Shown here: piece after piece, positions 12,376 through 25,356 of the stretch
Layout: every line of letters begins with the position of its first letter
Position numbering within the stretch: position 1 is the stretch's first letter
NCBI GenBank assembly: GCA_038496445.1
Contig: JALMLS010000138.1
Span: forward strand, 62,001-126,000
Source: Trichosphaerium sp. ATCC 40318
Lineage: Eukaryota > Protista > Tubulinea
Length of the DNA: 64,000 nucleotides
Direction: 5' to 3'
Notes under the pieces: model-generated
What the model was told of the DNA's origin: nothing
Database searches by the model: none
What the model saw: only the letters and a program-made list of their open reading frames with translations
Made by a program: the position numbers and the translations under genes

Positions 12376-15300
12376 ATGAGTCAAGGGCTTCAACAATTAG
12401 CAAACGTATTTGAGGCTTCTTTTAAGCCTGATTTGGCTACGAGGCAACAAGGCGCGATCTACTTCAAAAAACTTTGCGAACTAACTCTAAAATAGCCGAG
12501 GCGTTCTTAAAACAAAAGGAGGGAACTCCTGGATTTCTCGTGTCAATGGTTCAAGTTGCTGCAAGCCCTCAAATACCAGAAGTAACGAGGCTTGCTTGCG
12601 CTATTCATTTGAAAAATTACGTTGGAAAACATTGGTCCGTCAACATGCAGGATAATATACCTGCTGACGAACGCGCTAAGCTTAAAGTACGCAGCACAGT
12701 ACATAATCAAAACGACGCTTTATTGATTTATCTATCTAATTTGTTCTCTGTCTGTTTACACTCTACTAGGCTGAAATGGTTAATCTCATGCTCGCTGCGC
12801 CAAAGAAAGTACAAGCACAGTTCGAAGAGGCGCTTAGAATAATCAGCGTCGATGAGTTTCCTCAAAGCTGGACCAACCTACTCCCAGTACGTCCTTAACA
12901 TCAATAGAACGTAAATATACATTTTAGCTAACGTTCTAAGGCGCTTGTGGAGAAATTGAAGCTACAGGACCCAAACCACATTTTATCGTCATTGCGTGCT
13001 ATAAACTCAATCTTGGAGAGGTATTAGAGCGTTTTTAAGGCTGTCCTTTTAGTAAAATCGTGTTCCCCGCGAAAAAAAAACACCTCAATGTACTCAACAA
13101 GCTTAACTCCTTGTATAGATATCGTTATGCTTTCAAGACTGAGTCTGTGCTAAAGGAGCTTAAATTCATATTGCCTTTAATTCAAGAACCTCTACTTCTC
13201 ATGTGCCAACAAACAGCTGCTCAAATAGATCAAAATGCAGCTAACGCGGGTAGTTTAGTTATTCTATTCAATATGCTACACGTACGGAAATATTTTGCAA
13301 TGAAAAAAAAGCAAAAAAAAGCAAAGAAACCTGCCTTAGCACGAGAAAAGAAGACTTAATAGTTTTTTGCTTGTTGTATTTTTTTTTGAGCTCCACTCGT
13401 TTTAACGCCACTTTACGCTAACCATGTTTTTTTCTTACAGAAAATTTTCGGGATTTTCTATTCATTAAATAAAGTCGATATACCTGTATATTTTGAGGAC
13501 CACCTCAAGGAATGGATGGAGATTTTCTTAAAATTTCTCAAGTATCAAACAAATGTACCTCAAATTGCGCAGTCAGAGGTACGCCTAGACTCTCACTTAT
13601 TTAAGTTTTGTTTTTCTTTCTTTCTTTAACAAAAGCACGTGCGCAACAAACACGTGTTGGAACGTACACGTTTGTTTTTCTTCTTGCTTTTTTTTGTTTT
13701 CGATGACCTAATTTTTTGGTATTCTAGGACGACATTGACCCTTCTTTACTGCATAAAGTACAAAGCGAGATTGCTCAGAACATCAATCTTTATATTGAAA
13801 AATATGAGATGGAGTTTGAACCTTTCCTTGCTACTCTCACATCAGCTGTTTGGGAACTTCTCAAAAAGACTTCTCAAGAACAAGCAAGTGATCTATTGGC
13901 TTCTTCTTTGATGAAGTTCTTGTCTTCTACAGCTAGATCATGTCATCATAAAATATTTGCTCAACCAGCTACTCTTAAGAGTATGATTGAAGAGGTTGTA
14001 CTACCTAACATCCAAATAAGGTACGTTAGAAAAAGAACAAACAAAATATAATTTTCATAAACTTTTTTTACTCTTTGTACTCATTTCTTCCGTTTAGAGA
14101 ATCTGATATTGAGATGTTCGAAGATGAGCCTGATAAATATATGCAAAAGGATATTGAAGGCTCTGACTTGGAAACAAGACGTCGTGGTGCTTCTGATCTT
14201 GTAGTTGGATTGCGTAAACACTACCAACAAGTACGTGTTTTGTTCTTTTTGTTGTGTGAAGTTCTCATAGTTTTATTAGCATGTGACGACCCTATGTGGT
14301 GAACATATCAACACGTTGTTTACACAATACAAAGCTAATCCAGGAACAAACTGGAAAGCCAAGGATGGTGCTATTTACCTCACAATCGCTTTGGCAGCAA
14401 CTGGTATGTACCTCTACGCACAGAAGCTACATTTATTTTATCTAAATATCTCGTCCTTATTCTTTCTTTTTTTAGGCACTACAGCGAGCGATGGCGTCAC
14501 AAATGTCAACACTGCTGTACCACTTAATGATATATTCGTGAATCAAATTATGCCTGAGCTTACAGGAGCAGGTGAGTCGCTATTTCATTTGAACAAAGAA
14601 AACCCAACCCTCGTTTTTCTCGGTTTTTTTTTGTGATTGTTTGTATTGATTGTTTTAAATAGCCCAATGTCATCCTCTCGTACTTGCGGATTGCCTAAAG
14701 TTTGTTACAAGCTTCCGTTCTACACTATTTATGACCGGTAAAGCCGCTAATGTTCAAGGATTACAACAATTGTTCCCTCACTTTATGAAGTATCTTACAC
14801 ATGAGCTCTTCATTGTACATACATACGCTGCTCTAGCTATTGAAAGGTACCTATTTTAGCCTCTATCAAAAACACACAACCCCATGGTTCACCAGTTTCT
14901 TTGCACTAGTAGTTGCTTTCTTTAAACCAAACTCCTAAAACACTTTTTTATTTATTTTGCTCTTGGGTGCTTTTTTTGTCATTACTTTGACCATGTGTTA
15001 ACCACCGTTTCTAGAATTCTGTACATGTGCTTCAAGGCAAAAGCTCTTGAGTTTATTGCCACACTCGGACCTTCAGTAGAACAGATACTAAGTAAGCTCA
15101 TTTTTATTTTTTTTTCTAATTTTTACGAATTTCTTTGCTAACTGGTTATTGCGTTTAAGGTGGATTGTTTAAAATCTTAGAGAGCGGAAATAAATCCGAC
15201 AGCGATAACAAATACGTCATGCGTGCAGTCTTGCGTGTTGTGAGCACATGTAGATCACATATGCAACCGTACGACTCTTTTGTGTTTTTTTTGTTCTTCA

Positions 15301-17225
15301 CTTTGTTGTAACTTCACGTTTTTACATTGTTTGTTAACTCTTTTTTAGACATGTTCAACTCATGTTACAGCGTATCACTGGCACATTGCAGAAACATTAC
15401 AAAAATCCATTGAACCCTAACTTCACACACAACCTCTTTGAGACAATGGCTAGTCTCGTTTCAACATTTTGCACAGCTAATCGTGCTGCTGTTCAAGACT
15501 TTGAGAAATTCTTGTTCCCTGTATTTCAAGCTATTGTTCAAGAAGAAGATCACGTGTACACACCATATGTGTTCCAAGTCATGGCTCAATTACTTGAATT
15601 CAACCAGGTACATATTATTTGTTTTTCTCAGAACAATACGTTGAAGTTTCTTCGTTTTTTTTTCTTCTTTTTCTCTACTATTTTGGGTCTTTTTTGACAA
15701 AGCTTCTAGGGTTCTCTCAACGAGTTTTACAAAAACACACTTGACTTCATCCTTCTCGCTAAGGTTTGGAAAGAGCGTGGTAATGTACCTGCTTTGATTC
15801 GTGTCATATCAGCGTACTTACGTATCGATGTAAAATATGTTCTAGACAACAACAAACTCGCACCAATACTTGGTACGATTTCTTTTTAACTTTCGTTTCA
15901 GCTATTATGCTCGCGTAAACTTGTTGTTATTTATTAAATTCACGTGTCACGTGAGTTTCACGTGACTAGTGTTTGCTGCAACAGTAAAATAATATTAACG
16001 CTTTTTTTTTGTTGTTTTTTGATTTTTTTGTCTTTTTCTTACTTTGTATTCCCGTTCTAGGTATCTTCCAGAAACTCATTTCTTCCACTGCTCTCACCCA
16101 TCACGCTTTTATGCTTTTGGAGGCTATTATCTTATATGTACCACCAGAGGCTCTTGCACAACCTATTGGAGGTCAGCATGTATTGCCAATCATCTTTAGA
16201 CTGTTGTTTGGACGTTTGACAAGTGAGAAATTGAGCATTTCCTTCAACAATCACTTTATCGTCTTTTTGAGCTTCCTTATCGGTACGTTGATACATCATC
16301 TCTTTATAACAGACGTTCTAGCTAAAGTTTTTTTTTCCACGATTTTTTTTGTTGTTGTTCTTGCTGATCATGTTCTAGGCAAACGTGGTGTTGATTTTAC
16401 TATTCAAACTATGAATGGTATCCAAGCCAATAGTTTCCAAGCGGTATGTATTGTATTTACCATGTCGTATGGTGGTATCTTGTTCGATAATTGCTAATGT
16501 TTTGCTTGTTTTAGGTTTTCAAGAAATTTGTTCTACCTAAATTCAAAGGTGTTTCTGGCACTCTTGAGCGCAAGATGTTGACTATTGGTATGTCTAAGCT
16601 CTTGACTGAGTGTAAGGATATGCTTGGTGGATCATTATCCGAGTATTGGGGTAAAACGTTATCAGCTTTACTTGAGATGTTATCTAAAGGAGTAAGTTTT
16701 TTTTACGAATTTTCTTCTTGTTGTTGTTAGTGTTCTTATTATATACTATAGACTGATTTGACTGTTGATACTGCTCCATCTGCTGAGGGTACTCAAATTG
16801 TTAAAGTAATTCCAGATGAGACTGTATCGAACGCGTACGTTTTAGAGCCAGAAGGCAACATTGTCACATGCCATTTGTTTTGTAATTTTTTTTGGGCTTC
16901 ATTCAAGAACTTCTTAAAGGATTATTGTTTTTTGTGCTAACTTCATGTTCTAGATACTCCACTGTATTTTCTCCACTCATTCACGGAGTAAAAGCTGAAC
17001 TTGTTGATCCTTTCGCAGAAGTTAAGAGCGCTAAAATGTACTTAATCACAGCACTCTCAAAGCTCTCCCAACAAGTCTCTGTACGTGTTTTTTTTTTTGT
17101 TTACTTTTTCTTTTTTTTTTCTGACTTTCTCTCTTCAGCTACAACAACAACTTTCACAGCTTCCAGGTGATCAACAAGTATTACTACAGAATTACTGTAA
17201 GGCTGCAAATGTCCAGATTCGGTAA
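12376..17225 (+). CDS. CSE1: Exportin-2 / importin-alpha re-exporter, ~20 exons
   Basis: IBN_N start (RQQAEAFL...RLACAIHLKNYVGKHW) and signature segments FYSLNKVDIPVYFEDHLKEWM, DIEMFEDEPDKYMQKDIEGSDLETRRRGASDLV, NWKAKDGAIYL, VHTYAALAIE, NPLNPNFTHNLFE, WKERGNVPAL, GIFQKLISS. Ends ...NYCKAANVQIR*. Confidence 0.95.
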
Positions 17226-17716
17226 AAAAAAAAAAAAATCGCTTGAAGCATCCTGTTAAGGAGCACTTCTTTGAAATGACTTATTCATTTTTCTGCACAA
17301 AAAAAAACAAGAGTAGATTGTCGTATTTTTTTTAAATGTCTGCTTGCTGTAGTGAAAAATAAAGAAATTGTTTCTTCCATCCTTAGTTTTAACACCAAAC
17401 TTGAAATGACCTTGAACCAAGTTAGTAGTACATTGTAGATCATATCAATACTGCTCTATGTACACGTGAACAAGTCAAATTCCACATTGTGCAAGTATGT
17501 TTGGCAAATATACAATTATAAGCACATAAAAGAGTGTCTAAGCCTAATTAAACAATAGCGAAGCTCAGTATGTACAAAATATTTCAACCTATACTTCCTG
17601 TAGTTATCTCCAATGATGCGTTGAGCGGTGAGCTATCTCACAAATTTGGCCAATCGGCCAGGAATTTCGGAATGGTTTCAAAACGCCCAATTTGTCAGGT
17701 TTGTTCCAAAAGCACT

Positions 17717-19090
17717 ATGTTCAGCAGGCCCGGAAAATTAGGCATAGCACTAACACAAAATAGCGCTATTTCACGGCAACTCCTAGATACCTCCTGCACA
17801 GTAACGTTCAGCGTTATTGGTAAATCAGATGGTTGTGAATTCCTTGTTATTCCACCATTTATGCACGTGCTTGTACAACTACCAAGTAGTTGTTACAATT
17901 AAGCTACAGATAGTCGGCAGCGGGTAAATACAGGCATTTTGCGTATTTGTTACTTAACTCACTATTACAACGCTTATTTCTACTTTACTAGGTGAAGTAG
18001 TATGCACCATATAATAGCCCAAGGACTGCTTGTATTCTCGCCGTTGAGTTTATTACTTGGAGTGAGAGAACATCAAAAGTTAGAAGTTATACGCTCAGCG
18101 CCACTTGTTACTGTAAAATATCGCGTAAACCAATGAGTTTACGTCATTTTAGATATCTGATTTACAAAATCATTTTAAAAGCGAAGATGTGGCTCCATAC
18201 TACTGTAAATTCTACGGAAATATAACTTTAGATGAAGGTAAAGAAACAGACGACCCTTTTGTAGTAAAGTGCGTTAAATACCTCTATTCTTCTCTTAATA
18301 CGCGTCATACACCGTAAATAGCCTATTAAAAGTTTCTAAAGGACAAGATCAGTACAAGCAGCCGCTATTGTTCCAAATTACGCTAGGCGCTTAATCGACA
18401 TAATACCAACTCACAAGCCGTGGCATCTTCGTTGCGAGAAGAATCCTCAAGCTACATTGGCAATAACAGACTATGCAAGATTTCGAATGTCAATTGATTT
18501 TGAACAAGTAGAAAGTGTCGAAGATTTTGACATTTCGCTCTTCTATACTTCTATAGGGTTAGCTATGTTTGGTATTGTATATCCATATAATCAAAAGTTT
18601 GAGACAAAGTCATTAAAGAATAATTCAAAGGTCTTTGTAGCAAGTCAAGTGGTGCGCGTTCTGTTTTGTTTTTTGAAGTCAGAAAAAAAAAAGAAAAAAA
18701 GTTCAATTTCTTCTTCTCAAAGCGTATCTCAATTCAAAAATATTTTAAATTGCTATTACATAAGCTCTTTAATATGATTATGATCACTTAAAACAATATA
18801 TAGTTTTAAAACTTTACTACTATGAGCAATATACGCATGTATTGTTCTTCCATATTCTCATTTTTTTCTTGTAGATTAAAACGCCAAATGGTCTAGCGAT
18901 GACACCTCATAATTGGTATTCATTACCGTATATCCTCGGACAAGTACCACAAAAGATTTTAAGAAGAGAAGAACCTGAAATGAGTGAGCTACAAATGATT
19001 TCTGAAATAGAACTACAAAGAAATAAGTATTTCCAAATGTCTGCAATAACTGGTTGTTTTGGACTGTTATTGTATAATATCTTCGATTGA
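17717..19090 (+). pseudogene. Multi-exon membrane protein with possible GIDE (MUL1/SP1-type) domain, apparently disrupted
   Basis: Exon fragments LEVIRSAPLVT|ISDLQNHF...YCKFYGNI; FETKSLKNNSKVFVASQV; LPYILGQVPQKIL...FQMSAITGCFGLLLYNIFD* (C-terminal hydrophobic segment). Stops occur in the 5' part. Family call is tentative. Confidence 0.25.
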
Positions 19091-20448
19091 TAGTAAATAG
19101 TAAATAAAAGAGGTATTCGCAGTACTTCAAAATATTGTCTCCCAAGGATGTAACATGCTCAGAAGATGTATAGTTTGAATTATTTGAGATAGCTGCAAAT
19201 GTTTCACAACTGCACTACAGCTTCTCTGGAGATGTTGTACATAACTGCTTCACAACAATATTACTATATTTATATCGTATTTGCGATACTGGTATTGGAG
19301 GACAGAATCTGGGACTACGCTTGTATCACTAAAAAAGAGTTGAACTTTTTTTTCTGTCAAACACATTTGCTGAGCTCGCAGTAGTTAAGTTTTACCAGCT
19401 TAGGAATTCTCTGAGTCAAGTATTTTCTAGTGAGGGCTTTGCGCATCTGTGCTGAAATAAAGTGCTATGCAAAATTAGAACTGAGGATTCTTTGTCTTAC
19501 GCTACTTTTTTTCAGACTTACAATGTTAATATCATTTATTTTAGGATTAACACAGCAACTTGTACGACAGTGATATGTAGTTTGATTTGATGATTGACTA
19601 GTATAGTTTTAAGACTCTGAAAACTTAAAACTGGTATATGATAAACTTGAGACATTCTGGAGTGAATCCAAGCTCTTCGTCTGTATTACCGTATTGGCAG
19701 TAAGTGAGCAAGTTTGTTTCGTCCACTTGTAAACAAAGCCATCGTTGTGCGATTACCATCTAATTACCCATGGCCAAACGGTTAAGAATATTGTATTTTA
19801 AACTCTGAAGAATGTGGCTCCATGATACATGCAATGTTTGTTGGTTTTTGGCTAATAATGGTTTCTTGGCAAACACCAGGTGAAAAAATTACTGAGAAAG
19901 CGGAATGTGTACCCGTGAATAAACAAACCTGCAATGCAAGTGTGGAGGTTCTATAAAGAACGAACGTATGGGTTTTTTCTTCGTAACCAGTTTACTAACA
20001 GTTACCTGCAATAGATCCCTGGTGTTCACTATGTTAACTATATGGTTAAGGAAACGTTTGGTCGCTCAGACGGCTGGTATGAAATATGTACTTAAAAATA
20101 AAAGTTGTTCTGAAATAACTTATTTGTTCCAACACCCGTAATTCATCTTATAATACAAGGCTTTATTCTGTTTCGTAATTATTAATACACGGTATTACAT
20201 ACGTTGTGCGAGGTTTCTTTCGTTGTAGTTTTCTTAACGGTACAGCAGCCAAAACGATAGCGGGAGAGGTTAAAATTGCTATGGCTTTGATTTGATCTTT
20301 TTTTCTGGTTGGTCAAATCAGTGGCACTTTTGTATTGTACGTCCTTAGAATATATCCGAGGGGTTTATAACTGCGTTGAGTATCATGTACAACGTAGTAA
20401 ACTCTGCCGTAGATTTTGTACAAGGTTTTAATGTTCAAGTCTTCAGAT

Positions 20449-20826
20449 TTAGTTTAAAATATACATCAAATTCATCTGGTGTGTATTGTGAAGCGAGGAC
20501 GTATCTGTCAAGCTTTTGATTTGTTTCCCTGCTTTTAATTCTAACCTGTGAGGTCTGATTAAAGCGTCAACCTGCTCTTGAGATGTGTAGAATGCCGCTG
20601 GGAACTTATATTCGTATGCAAACGCATTTCGTCTATATTTTGCAATACCGTTCTGTAGTTGATATCTTCGCTTCACACGTTCTCTATTTGATGTATTTTT
20701 GTATGGTACGTTGATACAGTGGAAGTACAGTGTATTTTTGTTCATTTTGGTTTTGTTAGATTTTTTTCGAGCATCACGTGATAAGGGTGAGCGAAAGAGA
20801 AATACTTGTTCTTGAATGTTCTCCAT
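20449..20826 (-). CDS. 125-aa basic intronless protein of unknown function, paralog of 40159-40533
   Basis: ATG-to-stop ORF. The first ~88 aa are nearly identical to the inverted copy at 40159, and the upstream DNA (~20826-21110 vs ~39880-40159) is also homologous. Confidence 0.6.
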   Translation of the reverse strand: MENIQEQVFLFRSPLSRDARKKSNKTKMNKNTLYFHCINVPYKNTSNRERVKRRYQLQNGIAKYRRNAFAYEYKFPAAFYTSQEQVDALIRPHRLELKAGKQIKSLTDTSSLHNTHQMNLMYILN

Positions 20827-21489
20827 TTGTTATTTTTTCAAATCTCGTAATTCTGGTGAGGTTGGTGTTGCTTTAATTGTTGATATTGTGTGTACTGATC
20901 TTTCAGTGTAGGTTCGAGCAGAACACAACAAGGTGAACTACTATTACGCAACATCTTAGAAACTACAAACAGCAAAAATAAGCGTTTGTAGTACTCAAAT
21001 AACTTTAGTCACAAATAAGCGAGAACACTAAGACTAAATAAGATTGCCGCAAGCTTCGGCTTTTTCACAGAAGTCAAAAAGAAGATCACGAAACTCCACG
21101 GAGATTTTCAGAGGTACTGTACAGCGGTATCCGCGTGATATTAATATGGTATTGCGTTTATAGTCTTATTTTGGCAAAAAAAGCGAGCGGAACAGAAATT
21201 CAGATTAAGAGTTTTCTCCGCTAGAAAAAAACCCACGTGATTTCTTTTTCAGGTTTTAGGTAGTTTAAGGGTTTTTTTTCAGTTCTTCTCCGATTCTCTC
21301 CGATTCAATAAATTACTACAACTTTCGCTCACGTATTTTCTCTTGATCACATTAATCGATAACACATAGCACATAGTAACACCAAAGTTTGCCTGAAGTT
21401 CTAAAAAAAGATAAAATGGCTTTTTTAACCTTTTATTTCTACATTGGTACCAAAGCAGCATGTACAAATTACAGCTTTTCATCCTTCGT

Positions 21490-22557
21490 TACATAGCAGT
21501 TACCGCCAACAAAGGCCATAGGAGGAATCCTAGGTCGTGTTATTTGGAGTTTAAATCTGCTTGTTGACCGCTTTGAGGCCAAGAGGATACATCAATAGGC
21601 TCCCTTTTTCTCGCATTTTGAATCACACTTTTCTACAGGTTTCATATTTCGAGCAATGAAGCAACACATGGCAACTTTTTCGCAGCAAAGCTAGGTTCTA
21701 TGTCAACAGCAGATCATAAGGCGGCCAGAAATATAGGAGGAAATATAAAACTATACGTAAACGACTACAACATGATCACAGAGGCGAATGAGTGGCCGAT
21801 ATACAAAGTAACGTTTGTTATTTGTATGTTGTCTAATACATATCAGACGTTTATTGGCAATCTGTTGTCTCAAGGCGCTCCAATCGATGCCATTGGTATA
21901 GTCCAGCCATTAAATGTGAAAGAACGCCTTGATCAGCTCTCCACTTTTACAAGCAATGGAAAACAAATACCAAGTACTACTTTTATATTTGATTGTTCTA
22001 ATTTGCATAGTTACTGTGACCGAGTATGATAGTGTTAACATAAACGAAAATATAAGAGCAGATAATCTAGAACATGTATATTATACTGCATACGGACACT
22101 CCAATGTAGAAGCTGATTGATATACACTTACTGTACTACTAATGCTTACGAGTGCTAGGTCAAGTGTCTTAACACAAGTCATATACTTGACAAAGGACCC
22201 TTCAAACTATTAATGACATTAGTTATTAATGACAGATGATACTCATGTGGGCTTTTGGGTAACTTTTTTTTTTATTCTCATATTATTCCTACTAAACTGT
22301 CTCTTTAGCAAGGTGCACACTGGCGTGAAAACGCTCATATTGTTAACCAAAATTGGAGCCTGAATGAAGCCGGTCGTAGATATCAATCGCTCATGGACTT
22401 ATGGAAACAAACGAGAACAGATGGAAACGGAAGAGTTGAAACCCGAGGATATCATGGCACTTACTACATTACTGTCACAAAGAATGGTATATCCAGTACC
22501 ACATGCTTAGAACTATCAAGCACAATGAGACGTAAATCCGTAACTGTACGCTTGTAG
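21490..22557 (+). pseudogene. GH10 endo-1,4-beta-xylanase, C-terminal half
   Basis: LVDRFEAKRIHQ*...NEATHGNFF (acid/base NE), KLYVNDYNMI, GAPIDAIGI, VTEYD (nucleophile), LMWAFW, HIVNQNWSLNEAGRRY, TDGNGRVETRGYHGTYYITV. The QxH motif is missing; stops and deletions are present. Confidence 0.85.
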
Positions 22558-22599
22558 AGTGTAATTCACAGCAATAAACGTGTGAAAAATCACTTCATC

Positions 22600-23441
22600 A
22601 CATGTTCTTTGGTTTGTTGCTGTAATCCCAACAACGCACACTAAATATTCCTTTCACTCAACAGCATAACGCTACTTTTGTTAGTGCTAAAGCTAGGTTT
22701 TCGAGATGGTTTGTGTGCAAAGGTAACCGCAGTAGCTTACAATTACCTGTCCTTGATTTGGTTCGATCTCTGGCTATTTTCCTTGATTCTCTGGTACACC
22801 ACAGTTAAAACTCTCTTCAAGAACCTTTGGTAATTGATTGCATCGGAGTTTGTTCTTCCAATCATGTTATTGGCGACAGCTGTGCCGAAACAGAATTCTG
22901 TCTATTGTTGAGAAATTTGAACAGAAGCGCCCGAAACAAGTTGACCGTTACCATCTATAACCCTGATTCGAAGGTTACTCTTTCGTATTTTATCAAGCGA
23001 AAATGTAGCATCGATTTGTTTCCATCTATTCGCCATAGTAGAGGCTGTAGCCATCGTAACATACGAGTTAACACCTCCCTTTGTGGAGCTGGAAAAAAGT
23101 CAGAAAGGAGTTCACAATAGTCAACGCACAAGGCAGTAACTTTGAAAGTTTCATCTGATCTTGTAAGGATGTAACATGAGAAAGAGCGCTCTTGTCCTCC
23201 TTGGTCAGCCTCGGGATAAAGCAAGTTTAATCCACCGTCTTTCAGGTTAAACTAAATACCGGCGAATGCTCCATTTCTTTATCGATAGTTAACACTTCGT
23301 AGTAAAGGGTAACGAACCTGTTGAATATTCTAGCACTGAAAGTTCCTTGTTGGACTGGTACCTCCATCTGAAAGTTTATTCGCAATACAGAGCGAGCATA
23401 GACATTAGAATGCAAAAGAAATCTTTGAGAAGTGTTGCCAT
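22600..23441 (-). pseudogene. GH10 xylanase, N-terminal half (signal peptide, CBM-like remnant, start of catalytic barrel)
   Basis: MATLLKDFFCILMSMLALYC (signal-like), then DKIRKSNLRIRVIDGNGQLVSGASVQISQQ*TEFCFGTAVANNMI...YQRFL/FNCGVPENQGK*PEIEPNQGQ, matching the GH10 FGxA and ENxxKW...EPxxG motifs. Not in the ORF track. Confidence 0.8.
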
Positions 23442-24740
23442 CTTAGTGCGTTTATAGTTTGTATTGGTATCGAACCTAGCGCAAGTTGTGATCCGCTGTA
23501 CAAGTGTAAGTTGAACGCTAGGAACAGATACTCCTTAGTATGTGTCTTGATAATCGGTTTGCTGATAGAAAACTTCGTTATATTTTACACGTATGCGCAA
23601 AAGTGACATCACGTTATTTTCAATTTAAAAAGGTATCAGTGGGTATATTGAATTGGTGTATAGATACACTCTATCTATCTAGATGGCAGAAAAGAACATT
23701 TTGTGAACCGGTTTGGTTATATCACGTTTCTTGCAGTTCATATTTGATCATGCGTATACTAGCCTGTGTTGATAGCTAGATTTATACACGGCGTTGTTTT
23801 TGTTTCGCCGACATCAGATATCAATACCGTGGACAGAGAGGAGGTTCGAAGTAATGCAGAAACATAGCAACAAAGAGATTTTGTTTGGTGCATGGACCTG
23901 AGATTTCACCATAGTAGCTGACTGCTCATGGCGTACTTAGTTATTGGTAACCGTTTGCAAAAGACTATTTGTTGTTCTTGAAAGATGCTATACAGCCACC
24001 CTTTAGTGTTGGCATTAACGATAATGAACACCTTACTGTTCATTTGTAATAGAGCACAATCTACTTTTGTATTTCTGTTTTTTTAGATAAGCATATTGTT
24101 TGTATCAATCCACACCGTATAAAATGGATACTATAGAAACGTATCCATTCATTTATAGTACAGCCTGTATCAGTTTCAATACTACAGTTTCCCGGCTTTT
24201 AAGTTTATCCGGCGCCTGTATATCTTAGTTAGTAACAAAACTGAGAAATTTCATAATACTTGTCACTTACCGCTTTTTATTATCGGATGTACATCACTTT
24301 CTAATGCTTGTATTGCTTCATTCTCAGATACGAGAAAGCTAATGACTAGCCTTTATTCAGTTGTCCCTTACACCTTTGTACCTCTAATGTCTTTATGAAC
24401 CTTGACGTAAGCTATCATTTTGCAATCAATCAAAAAATTATGTATCCTGACGCACACTGGAGAGGCGTGTGAGAGAAAGCAGTTTAAAGTAAATGTCTTG
24501 TTGTTTCAGAACCTTGCAAGAATTTCATAGTTTCTAAAGCCTGGAAATTCCCAGACATTTCAGAAGTGTCTCAAATCCACCACCTTACCCTCTCATTTTG
24601 TTTACGCTTTTTCGTTGTATAACTCCACTTAATATGTCAGTCATGCAGTGAAAAACACAAAGAAACAAAAAAGTTTGGTTTTGTCAACCGCAAGTGACTT
24701 AACACGTTCCCTTGAACCAAAAATAGGAAGCACAATAACC

Positions 24741-25356
24741 ATGGAAGTAAGTTACTATCATCTTTACGTGCGCTAAGCGCGTTTGTGCATTATCGTTAAT
24801 TTACCCTCAAAGTACTCTAAAGGCGCTTAATACTAATTTAACCACGTAGAACACCATTACAACTTATCTACCACCCGAATTAACAGAAAAAGTGTTAACA
24901 TTCCTAAACGCCCCTTCTCTAGTCGCTATATCATCAACAAGTAAACAGTAGTGCGTCAGGCAACATTTAAAGCGTCTTAAATAATTGTTCAACTAATTTC
25001 GATAAAACAGCAACGCTTTGGCCTCAAGTAACCGTGTTTGGCGTCAAATCGTACAGAATTCATATGGTATAGATGCAGGCACCGTACAGAGTACCGTAGA
25101 GTCATGGAAGGTGTACTACAAGACTTTATACAACTGCAATGGGATGTACGAGGGTTATTGTACGTATTCAAGTAGCTATAATCACTATCATATGGGAGCT
25201 TTGATATCAAATGATTCTACGACGCTTGAGTGGAGTGGCAACTTTTTTTGGCCTTATTTCGCTGTGCAAGGCAGACTTTCTTTTCCTGAAGCAGAGAGCC
25301 GTTTTGAGCAAAGAAAAAAAACTGAACTACAAGTTGATAAGGACAACGAGCGATAG
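24741..25356 (+). CDS. F-box protein (at least 3 exons; 3' end uncertain, overlaps the duplicated segment)
   Basis: ME|NTITTYLPPELTEKVLTFLNAPSLVAISSTSKQY|NALASSNRVWRQI...WKVYYK is a canonical F-box, assembled across two GT-AG introns. Confidence 0.7.

Noticed and set aside
23464-23490. GGTTCGATACC on the minus strand as a tRNA T-loop or B-box
   Set aside because: No T-stem, anticodon arm or acceptor stem can be formed.
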